A stretch of 64,000 bases of DNA from an uncultured Acidobacteriota bacterium. GTDB taxonomy: Bacteria > Acidobacteriota > JAQAZP01. Position 1 is the first letter of the stretch. Each line of letters opens with the position of its first letter. The stretch is taken from contig CAWIIB010000009.1 in assembly GCA_963836075.1 (NCBI GenBank), positions 480,001-544,000 on the forward strand. Direction: 5' to 3'. Under the pieces are notes generated by a model that was given only the letters and a program-made list of their open reading frames with translations, searched no databases and had not been told where the DNA came from. The position numbers and the translations under genes were made by a program. Below are positions 11,793 to 25,967 of this stretch, one piece after another.

Positions 11793-13234
11793 TGACCATC
11801 TTCATACACCAGAGGGCGCTTGGCGGGTTGCTGATCCTGCTGATCCTGCTCTTCCCCGCCTGTACCGTGCACAAGACGATGACCGAGGTGCAGCCGCCGG
11901 AAGAGCTGCCCGAGGCCTTCTCCGAGGGTGAGACGCTCCCTCCCACCGACCGCTGGTGGGAGGCCTTCGGGGACCAGGACCTGGACCGGCTGGTGGAGGA
12001 GGCCCTGGCGGACAACCTGACCCTGAACATGGCCTGGGCCCGTCTGGACCAGGCACGGCAGTTGACCATCATCGCCGGCGCCGGCCGCTACCCCGGTCTC
12101 GACTTCGGGTTTGGAGCCCAGCGCCAGCATTACGGCGGCGGGCTGCCCGCCACCGTGCCGCCCAGCATCCCCGAGACCCTGGACACCTTCTCCGCCACCC
12201 TGGCCCTCAGCTACCAGGTGGACCTGTGGAAGAAGATCTCCAACTTTCGCAAGGCCGCCGTCCTCGACTTCGAGGCCAGCCGGGGTGATCTGGAGGCCAC
12301 GGCGCTCACCGTGGCTTCCGGAGTGGCCGAGATCTGGGCTTCCCTTGCCGCACAGCAGGCGGGTCTGGAGCTGCTCGAGGAGCAGCTAAAGGTGGGCGAG
12401 AGTTTCCTCAAACTGGTGGAAGCCCGCTTTGGCGGCGGCCTCTCCTCGGCGGTGGAGGTCTACCAGCAGCGGCTGCAGGTGGAGGGCACCCGGGGGACGG
12501 TCCCCGAAGTGCGGATGCAGCTCCAGCTGCTGCGGCACCAGCTGGCTCTGCTCCTCGGCCGGCAGCCAACGGCCGATCTGCCGCTCCCCGGAGGCGAACT
12601 CCCGCTGCTTGTCGACCTGCCGCCCACCGGGATCCCGGCCGAAGTGCTGCGCAACCGGCCCGATGTGCGGGCCGCCGAGCTGCGGCTCTTTGCCGCCGAC
12701 CACCGGGTGGCGGTGGCGGTGGCCGACCGCTTCCCCACGATCAGCATCAGCGCCACCCTCGGCGGCCAGGCCAACGAGTTCAACGAGGTGCTGGACAAGT
12801 GGTTCACCAACCTGGCCGGCAACCTGCTGGGCCCGGTGTTCGATGCCGGGCGCCGCAAGGCCGAGGCGGAGCGGAACCGGGCGGTGGTCCGCGAACGCTG
12901 GTACCAGTGGCAGGCGGCGCTGCTCACCGCCTTTGCGGAGGTGGAGGACGCGCTGGTGCGGGAGCAGGGGCTGCTGGAGACCCACCGCACCACGGTGCGG
13001 CAGGTGGAACTGGCCCAGTTGTCCCTCGACCGCTCACGGGCGCTCTACGCCGGCGGCCTCACCGACTACCTCACCGTGCTGACCAGCCTGCAGGCGCTGC
13101 AGAACCTGCAGCGGGCCGAGATCGGCACCCGGAAATCAATCATCAGCAACCGGATCAGGCTGCACCTCGCCCTGGGCGGCGCCTGGCCGGCTGAGCTTAC
13201 GGAACCCGAACACGACAACACGGTCACCGGTTGA
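11789..13234 (+). CDS. Efflux outer-membrane lipoprotein (NodT/TolC family)
   Basis: Lipobox LFPAC, WWEAFGD..LDRLVEEAL, RPDVRAAE. Confidence 0.92.
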   Translation: MMTIFIHQRALGGLLILLILLFPACTVHKTMTEVQPPEELPEAFSEGETLPPTDRWWEAFGDQDLDRLVEEALADNLTLNMAWARLDQARQLTIIAGAGRYPGLDFGFGAQRQHYGGGLPATVPPSIPETLDTFSATLALSYQVDLWKKISNFRKAAVLDFEASRGDLEATALTVASGVAEIWASLAAQQAGLELLEEQLKVGESFLKLVEARFGGGLSSAVEVYQQRLQVEGTRGTVPEVRMQLQLLRHQLALLLGRQPTADLPLPGGELPLLVDLPPTGIPAEVLRNRPDVRAAELRLFAADHRVAVAVADRFPTISISATLGGQANEFNEVLDKWFTNLAGNLLGPVFDAGRRKAEAERNRAVVRERWYQWQAALLTAFAEVEDALVREQGLLETHRTTVRQVELAQLSLDRSRALYAGGLTDYLTVLTSLQALQNLQRAEIGTRKSIISNRIRLHLALGGAWPAELTEPEHDNTVTG

Positions 13235-13250
13235 CGCGGAGGAACGATCA

Positions 13251-14466
13251 ATGAATTCCGTTCTGGTACGAGCCATCATCGCCCTCGCCATCCTGGCCAT
13301 CGGACTGGGGGCCACGGCCTGGATGATGAAGCACAAGATCACCCCCGAACGCACACCGGCGGAGGAGGAGGTGGTGCCGGTGGCGGTGAGTGAACTTCAG
13401 CACTCGACGGAAGTGGTGAAGGTCAACGCCCAGGGCACGGTGACCCCGGCCAGACAGATCGAGATGCGGTCCGAGGTCAGCGGCCGCATCGTGGAGATGA
13501 GCAGCAAGCTGATCCCCGGCGGCTACTTCCCCAGGGGGGCGATGATGGCCCGCATCGACTCCCGGGACTACGAGGCCCGGGTGGCGGCCTCGAAGGACAT
13601 GGTGGCCCAGGCCACACTGCGGCTGGAGCAGGAGAAGGCCCGGCAGTCGGTGGCCCGCCAGGAGTGGGAACTGCTGGAGAGCACGATCCCCGCGGACCAG
13701 GCCAACCGGGACCTGGCCCTGCGCATCCCCCAGATCCGGAGCGCCGAAGCTGCCCTGGCCGCCGCCGAGAGCGGTCTGGCCAAGGCCGAACTGGACCTCG
13801 AGCGCTGCACCCTCACCGCTCCGTTCAACGCGCAGGTGATCCGCGAAAACGTCGACCTGGGACAGGTGGTCAACCCGCAAGCCGAGGTGGCCACCCTGGC
13901 CGGCACCGACCAGTACCTGGGTCCAGGTATCGGTCCCGGTGGAATACCTCTCCTGGATCGACATCCCGGCGGCGGGCGGCAAAGGCTCGCCGGCCACCAT
14001 CCTGCAAAAGACCGGTGCCGGCAACATTACCCGTGAAGGGCGCATCATCCGCCTGCTGGGCGACCTCGACCCGGCCGGCCGGCTGGCCCGGCTGCTGGTC
14101 TCCATCGACGACCCGCTCAACCGGCGCAACGACAGCAGCCAGCTGCCGCTGCTGCTCAACTCCTACGTTACGGTGGAGATCACCGGCAAGACCATGGAGC
14201 AGGTGCTGGTGATCCCGCGCAGCGCCATCCGCGACCTGGACGGCGCGGCCACGGTGGACGGCCGGAACCGCGAGGGAATCTGGCTGATGGACAGTGACGA
14301 CCGGCTGAGGATCGAACCGGTGGAGGTGGCCTGGCGCACGCGGGACTCGGTCTTCATCGCCAACGGGCTTCCCGACGGAGCTCGCCTGGTGATCAGCAGC
14401 ATCCCCACCCCGGTCCAGGGGATGAAACTCTCCACCAAGCCGGACAACGGCGCATCCGGCAGCTGA
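13251..14466 (+). CDS. RND efflux periplasmic adaptor (frameshift near 13920)
   Basis: N-terminal TM, EVSGRIV and TLTAPFNA lipoyl halves; two overlapping ORFs join. Confidence 0.88.
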
Positions 14467-14487
14467 TCGGCAGACGCGGAGGATCCG

Positions 14488-17654
<3,167 letters not shown>

Positions 17655-17661
17655 CTCCTCC

Positions 17662-17713
17662 TGTCATTGCGAGCCCCCGACCCTCGGGGTCCGCGGGAAG
17701 TCAGCAATGGGAA
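17662..17713. repeat. TGTCATTGCGAG-type REP-like element, copy 1
   Basis: Highly similar over ~43 nt to 28806-28850; sits between convergent genes. Confidence 0.7.
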
Positions 17714-17732
17714 TGTGGAAAGTAGGGACGGG

Positions 17733-18605
17733 TTACGGGCTGCGCAATTTTTCAAAGAGGTCCCGCAGCTTCTCGATGGTCCGGGGGGCGGACCCTTCGT
17801 AGTGGTTGTTGACGTTGACAAAGACCTGGGTCCCGCCGGCAGCCAGCTCGTCGGCCAGCCGGCTGACATCGCCCAGCTCGGTGTCCCGCGGTTCCACGAC
17901 CTGGTCCCACTTCTTGCCGGTGCGCTTCTCGATCTCCTTGCGGTCTCCGCCGTGAAGCCTGATGATCACCATCTTCTGGGCCGCCAGCTCCTTCTTGAAC
18001 TTCGTGTAGAGCTCGATGATCGAGGGCATCCAGTAGCCCTGAAGCAGCACCGGGCAGGCGTCGTGGTCGCGCAGGAAGTCGAACCACGACGCATCGACAT
18101 AGCGCGCGTTGCGCAGCTCCACGGCGATCTCCGGGCCGGCCGGTATGGCCTTGAGGAACCCGCTCAGCTGCTCGAGGAACTGCGGCCGGCCCTTCATCTT
18201 CTGCTTGTTCAGATACTCGAACTGCAGGATCAGCGGTCCGAGCACGTCGTGGATGCCGGAGAGGCTGCCGAGAAAGCTCTCCCAGAGGTCCACGGAGAGG
18301 AAGTGCGGGTTCGGTTCCAGCGGGTCGCTCTTTTTCGACTTGTAGTGGTGGGTCAGGGAGAGGCTGTTGGGCACCTTGACCGTGAAGCGGAAATCGTCGC
18401 CCACCGCCTGACGATACTCGGCCACCACCGATTCGTCGGGCAGCTTGACCTTGTCCCCGGCGAAAAGGGACCAGAACCACTGGTCCACCTCCACCGAGTC
18501 GTAGGTGCAGGCATACTCCTCGAGGTAGTTGATCCCCTTGGGCGCCGAGTAGACCAGGCCGCTCCACGAGGGGTATTTCCAGCTGCAGGTGCCGATGCGA
18601 ATCAT
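17733..18605 (-). CDS. DUF72 (YecE-like) protein
   Basis: IGTCSWKY, SVEVD, FRFTVKVP..LTH, AVELRN, RLHG, NNHYEG. Confidence 0.9.
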   Translation of the reverse strand: MIRIGTCSWKYPSWSGLVYSAPKGINYLEEYACTYDSVEVDQWFWSLFAGDKVKLPDESVVAEYRQAVGDDFRFTVKVPNSLSLTHHYKSKKSDPLEPNPHFLSVDLWESFLGSLSGIHDVLGPLILQFEYLNKQKMKGRPQFLEQLSGFLKAIPAGPEIAVELRNARYVDASWFDFLRDHDACPVLLQGYWMPSIIELYTKFKKELAAQKMVIIRLHGGDRKEIEKRTGKKWDQVVEPRDTELGDVSRLADELAAGGTQVFVNVNNHYEGSAPRTIEKLRDLFEKLRSP

Positions 18606-18651
18606 GGTCTTACTCGTTGTCTGTCCCCGTCGTCCAACTGATCCTCTCCAA

Positions 18652-19254
18652 TCAGGCTTGCTTCAGTGCTGCAACCTGGACCACCGCGGCCATCCCGTCG
18701 TGATAGGGGCCGTTGTTACTCTCCCGGTCGATCTCCCGTCCCACCTCGAAGAGCAATCCTGGCAGCTCTTCCCGCAACCCGGCAAGGCTCATCATCATGT
18801 CCGCCCTTTTGGGCCCGCCGGTGGCATAGCCCAACTGCCGCTCGGTGAACGCCTCCAGCACAAAGGCACCGCCCCTGGCCAGGCCGGCAGCACAGCGCCG
18901 GTGGACGTCGGCCCGCACTCCGGGCTCCATGTGGCAGAAGATGGAGACGATGCCGTCCCAGGCCCCCGGCTCGATCTCGAACCCGGCCAGGTCGCAGAGG
19001 ATGGTGCTGATCTTCACGCCCCGTTCGTCAGCCAGGGCCCGCGCCTTCTCCAGACCCACCGCCGATGCGTCCACCGCCGTGACCTGGTGCCCCAGTCCGG
19101 CCAGGTAGACGGCGTTTCTCCCCTCGCCCTCACCGATGCAGAGCACCCGGCCCAGGGGGATCCTGCCGGCCACCGCAACGAGAAACTGGTTCGGGTCTTT
19201 GCCGTAGGCATACCCGGGTTCGGAAAACCGCTCGTCCCACATATTACCGTTCAC
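18652..19254 (-). CDS. Class I SAM-dependent methyltransferase
   Basis: WDERF..YAYG..PNQFL, VLCIGEGEGRNA; GTG start with GGAG upstream. Confidence 0.9.
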   Translation of the reverse strand: MNGNMWDERFSEPGYAYGKDPNQFLVAVAGRIPLGRVLCIGEGEGRNAVYLAGLGHQVTAVDASAVGLEKARALADERGVKISTILCDLAGFEIEPGAWDGIVSIFCHMEPGVRADVHRRCAAGLARGGAFVLEAFTERQLGYATGGPKRADMMMSLAGLREELPGLLFEVGREIDRESNNGPYHDGMAAVVQVAALKQA

Positions 19255-19460
19255 GTACTTCTCCCGCGATTTTCCGCCCTGGTTTTGAGGTATCGCTGCC
19301 ACAGCATTCTAGCAGCTACCGACCGCCAGGGCCGCCACTTCCCGGCGCATGCCCGCTGCCGTTCAGCGGAGGGCAGGTCCTTCAGGCGCTTGAGCTTTTT
19401 GATGCCGGCGGCCCGGGCCAGGCTCCGTCTGTTCAGGGGCTTGATCATCACCGTCGCAGT

Positions 19461-20234
19461 TCAGGTACGCAGGTATGACGCACCGTTGACGTCGACGATG
19501 CAGCCGGTGAGGAACTCCGATCCCGGTGAGGCGAGGAAGAGCGCGGTGCGGGCCACCTCCTCGGGCCGGGCCACCCGGCCCAGCGGGCTCTCGTTGCGCA
19601 GAAAGTCGCCCCGCGGTCCCTCCAGGTCGGGCGCGGCCATCTCGGTTTCCACGAAACCCGGGGCCACGGTGAAGACGTGGATCCCCTGGCCGCCCAGGGC
19701 CCTGGCCAGCGACTGGCCCATGGCGTTCAGACCGGCCTTGCTCGCCCCGTAAGCCGGGCTGGCCGGTTCACCCCGGAAGGCGCCCCGGGAGGAGATGTTG
19801 ACGATCCGCCCGCCGCCCTGTTCCAGCATGTGCCGGGCCACGCAGTAGGTCAGGTTGGCCGGCCCCAGCAGATTGGTCTTCAGCACGCGGTCCCAGGACG
19901 CCTGCCACTCCTCGTAGGTGACATCGGCCAGCGGGTGCTCCTCGTAGACCCCGGCGTTGTTCACCAGGACGTGGATCCGGCCGGCCTTCTTCACCGCGAT
20001 GTCGGTCAGCTGGCGCACCGCATCGGGGTCCCTGAGATCGGCCTGGACGATGCGGTGGCTGCCGGGCTCCAGCGAGACCAGCGTCTCCTCCGCCGCCGCG
20101 CGATCACTGTGGTAGTGCACCAGGACGCAGGCGCCGTGGGCCGCAAAGAGCCGGGCCGCGGCGCGGCCGATGCCCCGGGAGGCCCCGGTGATCAGTGTGG
20201 TCTGGCCGGTGAGATCGATGGTGGGCCTGGTCAT
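19461..20234 (-). CDS. SDR family oxidoreductase
   Basis: TGASRGIG, NNAG, YGASK motifs. Confidence 0.93.
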   Translation of the reverse strand: MTRPTIDLTGQTTLITGASRGIGRAAARLFAAHGACVLVHYHSDRAAAEETLVSLEPGSHRIVQADLRDPDAVRQLTDIAVKKAGRIHVLVNNAGVYEEHPLADVTYEEWQASWDRVLKTNLLGPANLTYCVARHMLEQGGGRIVNISSRGAFRGEPASPAYGASKAGLNAMGQSLARALGGQGIHVFTVAPGFVETEMAAPDLEGPRGDFLRNESPLGRVARPEEVARTALFLASPGSEFLTGCIVDVNGASYLRT

Positions 20235-20238
20235 CGTT

Positions 20239-21291
20239 CTACTCCTCCTCCTGCGGGCGGGCCGGGCAGTGGCAGCCGCCGTGGTGCGCCCCTCCACCCT
20301 GCTGGCCCTCGTCTTCCACGTCGTCGAAGCTGACCGTGGAGAGGCGTTTGCGGTTGACCTTGAGCTCGGTGACATCGGGGCGTGAGTAGTGGCCGGCGGG
20401 GTCGAAGTTCTGCCGCTCCTCCCGGACCCTGGCGTGATTCAATACGGCGGTGATCAGCGTCTCCTCCCCGGCCACCGGCTCGGCCACCCAGAGGCCGTCG
20501 GGGCCGGCGATGCAGGACCCGCCGGTGGCCAGCAGGTCGGGGCACCCGTCGAGGATCTTCTCCAGGTGCGGCGTTTCTTCCGGGAAATCACTCTTGCGCA
20601 TCAGGCCCGAAGCGGAGATGACATACGACCGGGCCTCCCGGGCAATGAAGAGGGTGATGTCCGAGGTGTTGTGCACCCCGCCGGGCCAGATGGCCACGTG
20701 GAGGTCCTCCCCCTGGCCGTAGAGCGCGGCCCGGGGCAACGGCATCCAGTTCTCCCAGCAGTTGAGGCCGCCCACGGTGAAGGCGCCCAGGGGGTGGACC
20801 CGCAGGCCGTGGCCGTCCCCCGGAGACCAGGTGAGCCGCTCCTCGTAGGTCGGCATCAGCTTGCGGTGCACCGACCGGACCAGCCCCGTCTCGTCGATGT
20901 AGACCAGTGAGGCATAAAGGCTGTGGCCGCCGCGGTCGGCGGGCCGCTCGATACAGCCCAGCACCACCGCGATCCCGCCCTGGCTGGCGGCGATGCAGAG
21001 GCGGTCCAGGTGACCGGCTTCCAACTGCACCGCCTGCTTCATATAGTGGGCGTGGATTTCCTTCTGCACCGGCGAGTTGAAGGTGGCGCCGTCGGTGCGT
21101 TCGATCCAGAAGGGATAGCCGGGGACCAGCGCTTCGCCAAAAGCCACCAGCCGGCAGTCCTCACGGGCGGCCTGTTCCACGTACTCGATCACCTTGTCCA
21201 GGGTCCGCTCCCGGTCAAGCCAGACCGGGGCCACCTGGGCCACGCCAACCTTCAGTTCGTCCGGGGGGCTCTCGTTGTTCACTGTGTACAT
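20239..21291 (-). CDS. Carbon-nitrogen hydrolase (nitrilase family)
   Basis: Glu-Lys-Cys triad: FGEALVPGYP, HRKLMPT, LNCWEN. Confidence 0.92.
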   Translation of the reverse strand: MYTVNNESPPDELKVGVAQVAPVWLDRERTLDKVIEYVEQAAREDCRLVAFGEALVPGYPFWIERTDGATFNSPVQKEIHAHYMKQAVQLEAGHLDRLCIAASQGGIAVVLGCIERPADRGGHSLYASLVYIDETGLVRSVHRKLMPTYEERLTWSPGDGHGLRVHPLGAFTVGGLNCWENWMPLPRAALYGQGEDLHVAIWPGGVHNTSDITLFIAREARSYVISASGLMRKSDFPEETPHLEKILDGCPDLLATGGSCIAGPDGLWVAEPVAGEETLITAVLNHARVREERQNFDPAGHYSRPDVTELKVNRKRLSTVSFDDVEDEGQQGGGAHHGGCHCPARPQEEE

Positions 21292-21324
21292 CGCCTCCAC
21301 CTCGCAGCAGGTTTTTCAGTGCAT

Positions 21325-22032
21325 TCAGTCCAACCCGGCAAAGAGGTCGTCCAGCGGCGGGTCGTGATCCTCCTGAAAAATCTCGAACGCCCACTGGTTG
21401 GAAATCTTCTCCTTGATCCCCGTGTTCTCGATGGTCTCCTGGAAGGTGACGTAGCAGTCCAGCGCCTGGAGCGCCCGCTGCCGGTCTCCCTCCTCAACCG
21501 TCACCACGCAGTCGATCTCCTCCGGCTTCGACCCGTTGAGGTGGAAGAAGGTGCTCTCCGCCGCCACCGCCTCGGGCAGGGTGACCAGGGCCAGCCGCTT
21601 CAGAAAGCGGTGATCCGGCCGCAGTTCCACAAAGACCCGCTTGACCACCGCGTGGGTCACCAGGTGGTCGTGAAAGCCGCTGATGCCGTGGACGGCGTAG
21701 GTGACCACCACCTGGGGCTCCAGCTTCACGATCTGCTCCCGGACCACCCCTTCGATCTCCCGCGGGTCCATCTCCTTGAGGCCGCTGTCCGGCAGGTCGA
21801 GGACAGTCATCCCGGTCAGTTCCAGCACCCGGGCCACGTCGAGCATCTCCCTGTGGCGCACCTCGCCCATCCGGTCCACCGTGTATCCGTACTTGTGCCG
21901 CTGCCTGGTGGCGCCGCCCCTGGTCAGGGTGAGGAGGTGGACCTCGTGCCCCTCACGAACCTGTTTGTGCATCACGTGGGCCGGGCCGAAGGATTCATCG
22001 TCGGGGTGGGGGTAGATATAGAGAATTCGCAT
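21325..22032 (-). CDS. PIG-L family deacetylase
   Basis: PHPDDE and HDH motifs. Confidence 0.9.
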   Translation of the reverse strand: MRILYIYPHPDDESFGPAHVMHKQVREGHEVHLLTLTRGGATRQRHKYGYTVDRMGEVRHREMLDVARVLELTGMTVLDLPDSGLKEMDPREIEGVVREQIVKLEPQVVVTYAVHGISGFHDHLVTHAVVKRVFVELRPDHRFLKRLALVTLPEAVAAESTFFHLNGSKPEEIDCVVTVEEGDRQRALQALDCYVTFQETIENTGIKEKISNQWAFEIFQEDHDPPLDDLFAGLD

Positions 22033-22257
22033 TGGTCACCGCTCCCTGGGGCGGCCGCGGCCGGCCGCTGATGCAGATAGTATCAGGTTCTTTCCATCCC
22101 TCATATTCTTGCACAATGGTCGATCAATATGGTATATTTTATAGTCTTTTTCGGATTTTTGTGATCTCTTGCCAGTGACCCACCAGGGAGCCGCGAAAAA
22201 TCGGTCACACCCGGCGGCCATTGACAATATAACTGAACAGGAACGGAGGATCGGAAA

Positions 22258-22677
22258 ATGTCTGACAACGCACGGGAGAAAGCTCTCGAATTCATTCGCA
22301 ATAATCCCATGTCCTACATGGCCACGGTGGACGGCGGCGAAGCCTGGAACCGCGCCATGTGCACCGTGCGCACCGAGGATGATTTCACCCTCTGGTATGT
22401 CTCGATGAACTCGTCGAACAAGGTGCGCCAGATCAAGTCCAACGGCAGCGTCTGCATCACTGTCTGGGAAGGCTCGAAGACCTGCCGTGTCTTCGGCTCC
22501 GCCGAGCTGGTGGCTGAAGAAGGGAAGAAGCAGGAACTGTGGGACGACAACTGGGAACGCTATTTCAAGGGCGGTAAGGACGACCCCGAGTGCGCGGTGA
22601 TCAAGGTCACGGCCAAAAAGGTTGAATACCAGGACGTGGAAGTGGCCCGTGACCCGGTAGTCGTCCACGGCGACTGA
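22258..22677 (+). CDS. Pyridoxamine 5'-phosphate oxidase-like FMN-binding protein (general stress protein type)
   Basis: [28 protein letters not shown]. Confidence 0.85.
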   Translation: MSDNAREKALEFIRNNPMSYMATVDGGEAWNRAMCTVRTEDDFTLWYVSMNSSNKVRQIKSNGSVCITVWEGSKTCRVFGSAELVAEEGKKQELWDDNWERYFKGGKDDPECAVIKVTAKKVEYQDVEVARDPVVVHGD

Positions 22678-22758
22678 CCCGGCAGGAAGGCTGGACGGAG
22701 CGAAAGGTAAGGGCGATGACAGGACAACATTGCAGACCACGGCATGGCTGGGCAGGGA

Positions 22759-23786
22759 TGGCCCTCGTCCTGTGGATAATACTGTGCTGCTGGCCGCTCA
22801 CAAACTGCTCCGCGGTCTCGAACCGGGCGGAGGCGGCCGGAGGAGATGAAGACGTGAGTGACAAAATCGTCAAGTCCGAGGATGAGTGGAAGGAATGTCT
22901 CAGCGCGGAACAATACCGCGTCCTGCGGGAGAAGGGCACCGAGCGGCCGTTCACCGGTAAGTACAACAAGTTCTACGAAGAGGGCACCTATCTCTGTGCC
23001 GCCTGCGGCCAGGAGCTCTTCGCCTCGGACAGCAAGTACGACTCCGGGTCGGGCTGGCCAGCCTTCTACGACACGGCCAACGACGCCGGGGTGGCCAGCC
23101 ACGAAGACCACAGCCTGGGCATGGTGCGCACCGAAGTGACCTGCAGCAACTGCGGCGGCCACCTGGGCCATGTCTTCGAGGACGGGCCGGAACCCACCGG
23201 CATGCGCTACTGTGTCAACTCCGCTTCACTGGAGTTCCAGCCGGTGGGTGAATCCCCTGCGGCCGACACCGCTGCCTCAGGCCTGGAGACCGTGATCCTC
23301 GGCGCCGGCTGCTTCTGGTGCACCGAGGCGGCCTTCGAGTGGGTGGACGGAGTCACCGACGTGGATGTGGGCTACATGGGCGGCGAGAAGCGGGATGCCG
23401 ACTACCAGCGAGTCTGCTCCGGCCAGACCGGACACGCCGAAGTGGCCCGGATCACCTACGACCCGAAGAGAGTCTCCTTCCAGCGGATTCTCGACCTCTT
23501 CTTCGCCATCCACGACCCCACCACCCTGAACCGGCAGGGCGCCGACGTGGGCCCGCAGTACCGCTCGGCGATCTTCTACACCACCGCAGAGCAGAAGGCC
23601 GCGGCGGAGAAGGCCGTGGCAGCGTTGAACGCCAAACTGGCCGACCCGGTGGTGACCGAAATCGTCCCGGCGGTGGAATACTACCTGGCCGAGGACTACC
23701 ACCAGGACTACTTCCGCAACAACCCCGAGGCCGGCTACTGCCAGGCGGTGATCGCCCCCAAGCTGAAGAAGGCGAAGAAGCTGTAG
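22759..23786 (+). CDS. msrAB: Bifunctional peptide-methionine sulfoxide reductase MsrB-MsrA
   Basis: MsrB ([33 protein letters not shown]) plus MsrA ([13 protein letters not shown]); start uncertain (22759 with hydrophobic leader or GTG at 22855). Confidence 0.93.
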
Positions 23787-23790
23787 TCTG

Positions 23791-23850
23791 AAAAAAAGGG
23801 ACTGTCCCAGGGTTTCCGCAGGAAACCGGGGGCTGTCCCTTATTTTTTTT
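23791..23850. terminator. Bidirectional terminator-like hairpin with GGGACTGTCCC units
   Basis: A7-GGGACTGTCCC-GGTTTCC/GGAAACC-GGGGCTGTCCC-T-run between convergent genes. Confidence 0.65.
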
Positions 23851-23863
23851 ACTCCTCAGCCGT

Positions 23864-25513
23864 TCAGCGGTCGAGATGCTCCAGTATCTGGCACCCGGTG
23901 GGCCGGGTGCGCAGCAGCGAGGAGAGGTTCTCACCGCCCTCCACCGCCTTGCGCACCGCGCCGCTGGCCGAGATGTCACCAAGCAGCACCGCTCCGATCA
24001 GCTTTCCGTCGCGGAAGAGGAAGCGGCAGTAGTTGCCGTCCTGCTCCTCCTCGATGGGCCGGCCGGCGCCGTCCACCGGTTCCACCCGGCCGATGCTGAA
24101 CATGTCGTAGCCCAGCACCTTCAGTGTGTTGGACATGGGGATCCCGCCGAACTCGGCTTCTGCGCCGGCGGCGTTGAGGCCCGCGATCTTGCCCATGTAC
24201 TGGGCCGCGCTCCAGATGCCGTAACAGATGCCCCGGTGCTCGGCCACGTCCCCCGCGGCGAAGATATCGGGGTTGGAGCTGCGCAGGTGGTTGTCCACCA
24301 CAATGCCGTGGTTCACTTCCAGCCCGGCCTGGCGGGCGAGGAAACTGTTGGGCCGCACCCCGGTGGTTATCACCACCAGGTCGGCGGGGATCAGCGTACC
24401 GTCCTCCAGCCGCACCGCGGTGACCTTGTCCGGCCCCACGATCTCGGCGGTCCGCGCTTCCAGCAGCAGGTCGATGCCCCGGCTCCTGGTGAACTCGCCC
24501 AACAGCTCTCCGGCCCGGCGGTTCAGCTGCCGCGGCATCAGGGTGCCGAAGCCCTCGAGCAGGGTGACCTGGACTCCATGATTGACCAGGGCGCCGGCCG
24601 TCTCCAGCCCGAGGATCCCGCCGCCAATGCAGACACAGCGGCTACCCTGCTGCGCCTGTCCGAGGATCGTCTTTGCGTCATCCACAGTGCGCAGCGCCAT
24701 CGAGCCGTCGAGATACGCCCCCTTGAACGGCGGGATAAAGGGGTGGGCCCCCATGGCGAGGACCAGCTTGTCAAAGGAGACGGATGCCCCGTTGCTCAGT
24801 TCAACCGCATGTTCACCGGAACGGATTCCGGTGACGCTGACCCCGCTCTTCAGCTCGATCCTGTTCTCGGCGTACCACGACCGGGGGTGGATCGGCAGTT
24901 CGCCCTCCCCCACCTCGCCGGCAAGGAAGCGGGTCAGGTTCAGCCGGTAGTAGGGCAACTCTTCCTGGGAAACGAGGGTGATGGCCGCGTCGGGCGACGC
25001 TTCACGCAGGGCTTCCACCGCCGAGATCCCGGCAATGCCGGCACCGGCCACCAGCACCCTGAGACCCGTCCCGGCTCCGGTGATCGTATCAGCCGGCTTG
25101 CCCTCGGCCTCGAACTGGTCCCGGCCCGCACCACAGAGTGGGCAGATGTCGGGCGGCTCGGGCCCCTCGTGCAGGTAGCCACAGATCTTGCAGCGCCACT
25201 TGCCTGGAGATGCGGCCTTCTTTGGCGGAGCGGAAGCCTCTTCGTAGGGTTCGAACTCCGACGCCGCCGCCCCGCAGACCGGGCATGTCTCGGGGGGCGC
25301 GTCGCCGTGATGGACGTATCCGCAGACGATACAGCGCCACATTCCCGGACCCCCGGCCTCCTCCACCGAGTCCATGGGCGGAAGCATCTCCTTCCAGGGC
25401 TTGAAGTCCTCCGCCCCCACCGCGCAGATCGGGCAGGTGTCGGGCGGGGCGTCGCCGGTGTGGTTGTATCCGCAGATGCTGCAGCGCCAGGCCGTGGGTT
25501 CGCCAATGCTCAT
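23864..25513 (-). CDS. FAD-dependent NAD(P)H oxidoreductase fused to three rubredoxin-like domains
   Basis: 3x WRCxxCGY..CPxC, then GAGIAG, GGGILGLE and AAGDVAE motifs. Confidence 0.9.
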   Translation of the reverse strand: MSIGEPTAWRCSICGYNHTGDAPPDTCPICAVGAEDFKPWKEMLPPMDSVEEAGGPGMWRCIVCGYVHHGDAPPETCPVCGAAASEFEPYEEASAPPKKAASPGKWRCKICGYLHEGPEPPDICPLCGAGRDQFEAEGKPADTITGAGTGLRVLVAGAGIAGISAVEALREASPDAAITLVSQEELPYYRLNLTRFLAGEVGEGELPIHPRSWYAENRIELKSGVSVTGIRSGEHAVELSNGASVSFDKLVLAMGAHPFIPPFKGAYLDGSMALRTVDDAKTILGQAQQGSRCVCIGGGILGLETAGALVNHGVQVTLLEGFGTLMPRQLNRRAGELLGEFTRSRGIDLLLEARTAEIVGPDKVTAVRLEDGTLIPADLVVITTGVRPNSFLARQAGLEVNHGIVVDNHLRSSNPDIFAAGDVAEHRGICYGIWSAAQYMGKIAGLNAAGAEAEFGGIPMSNTLKVLGYDMFSIGRVEPVDGAGRPIEEEQDGNYCRFLFRDGKLIGAVLLGDISASGAVRKAVEGGENLSSLLRTRPTGCQILEHLDR

Positions 25514-25715
25514 GGGGTGGGCCTCCGTCCAGTGAATCCCTGGTATTTCCGGGGAGCTTAGTGCCGGTAACAGGCATGTTATGCCTATTGCCGCCATGGA
25601 TCAAGATGGGCAGGAATCGAAGGAGGATCAGGGCAGAGAAAACCAGGCACAGTGGCGTCCGCCCCCCGCATCATGGCGCCGATACAGGGTGGGCGGACTT
25701 CCATCCACGGCAACT

Positions 25716-25967
25716 TCACTGAAGTGGAGGCTCGGGCGATCGCGGAGGGGATTGCGGAATAGGCAGGATTTGCTCGGCCTCGCGGATCTTGTCCCTGAAC
25801 AGGCGGAGGTTCATCCCGTCGGGGTCGTCCCGCCGGAGTTCGGCTACCAGCGCTTCCCTGAAGCTTCTCAGCGCCCGTTCCCCGCGGCCCATGCGGGAGA
25901 GGACCAGTCCCCGGTAGTAATATGCAAAAGCGGCCTCCGGATCGTATTTTTCCAGTCTGTGGCTCAT
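25716..25967 (-). CDS. Short TPR-like protein or gene remnant
   Basis: DPEAAFAYYYRGLVLSRMGRGERALRSFREAL matches one TPR unit. Confidence 0.45.
   Translation of the reverse strand: MSHRLEKYDPEAAFAYYYRGLVLSRMGRGERALRSFREALVAELRRDDPDGMNLRLFRDKIREAEQILPIPQSPPRSPEPPLQ

Noticed and set aside
19251-19451. Small basic ORF between the SDR and methyltransferase genes
   Set aside because: No recognisable motif and no convincing RBS; it cannot be supported.
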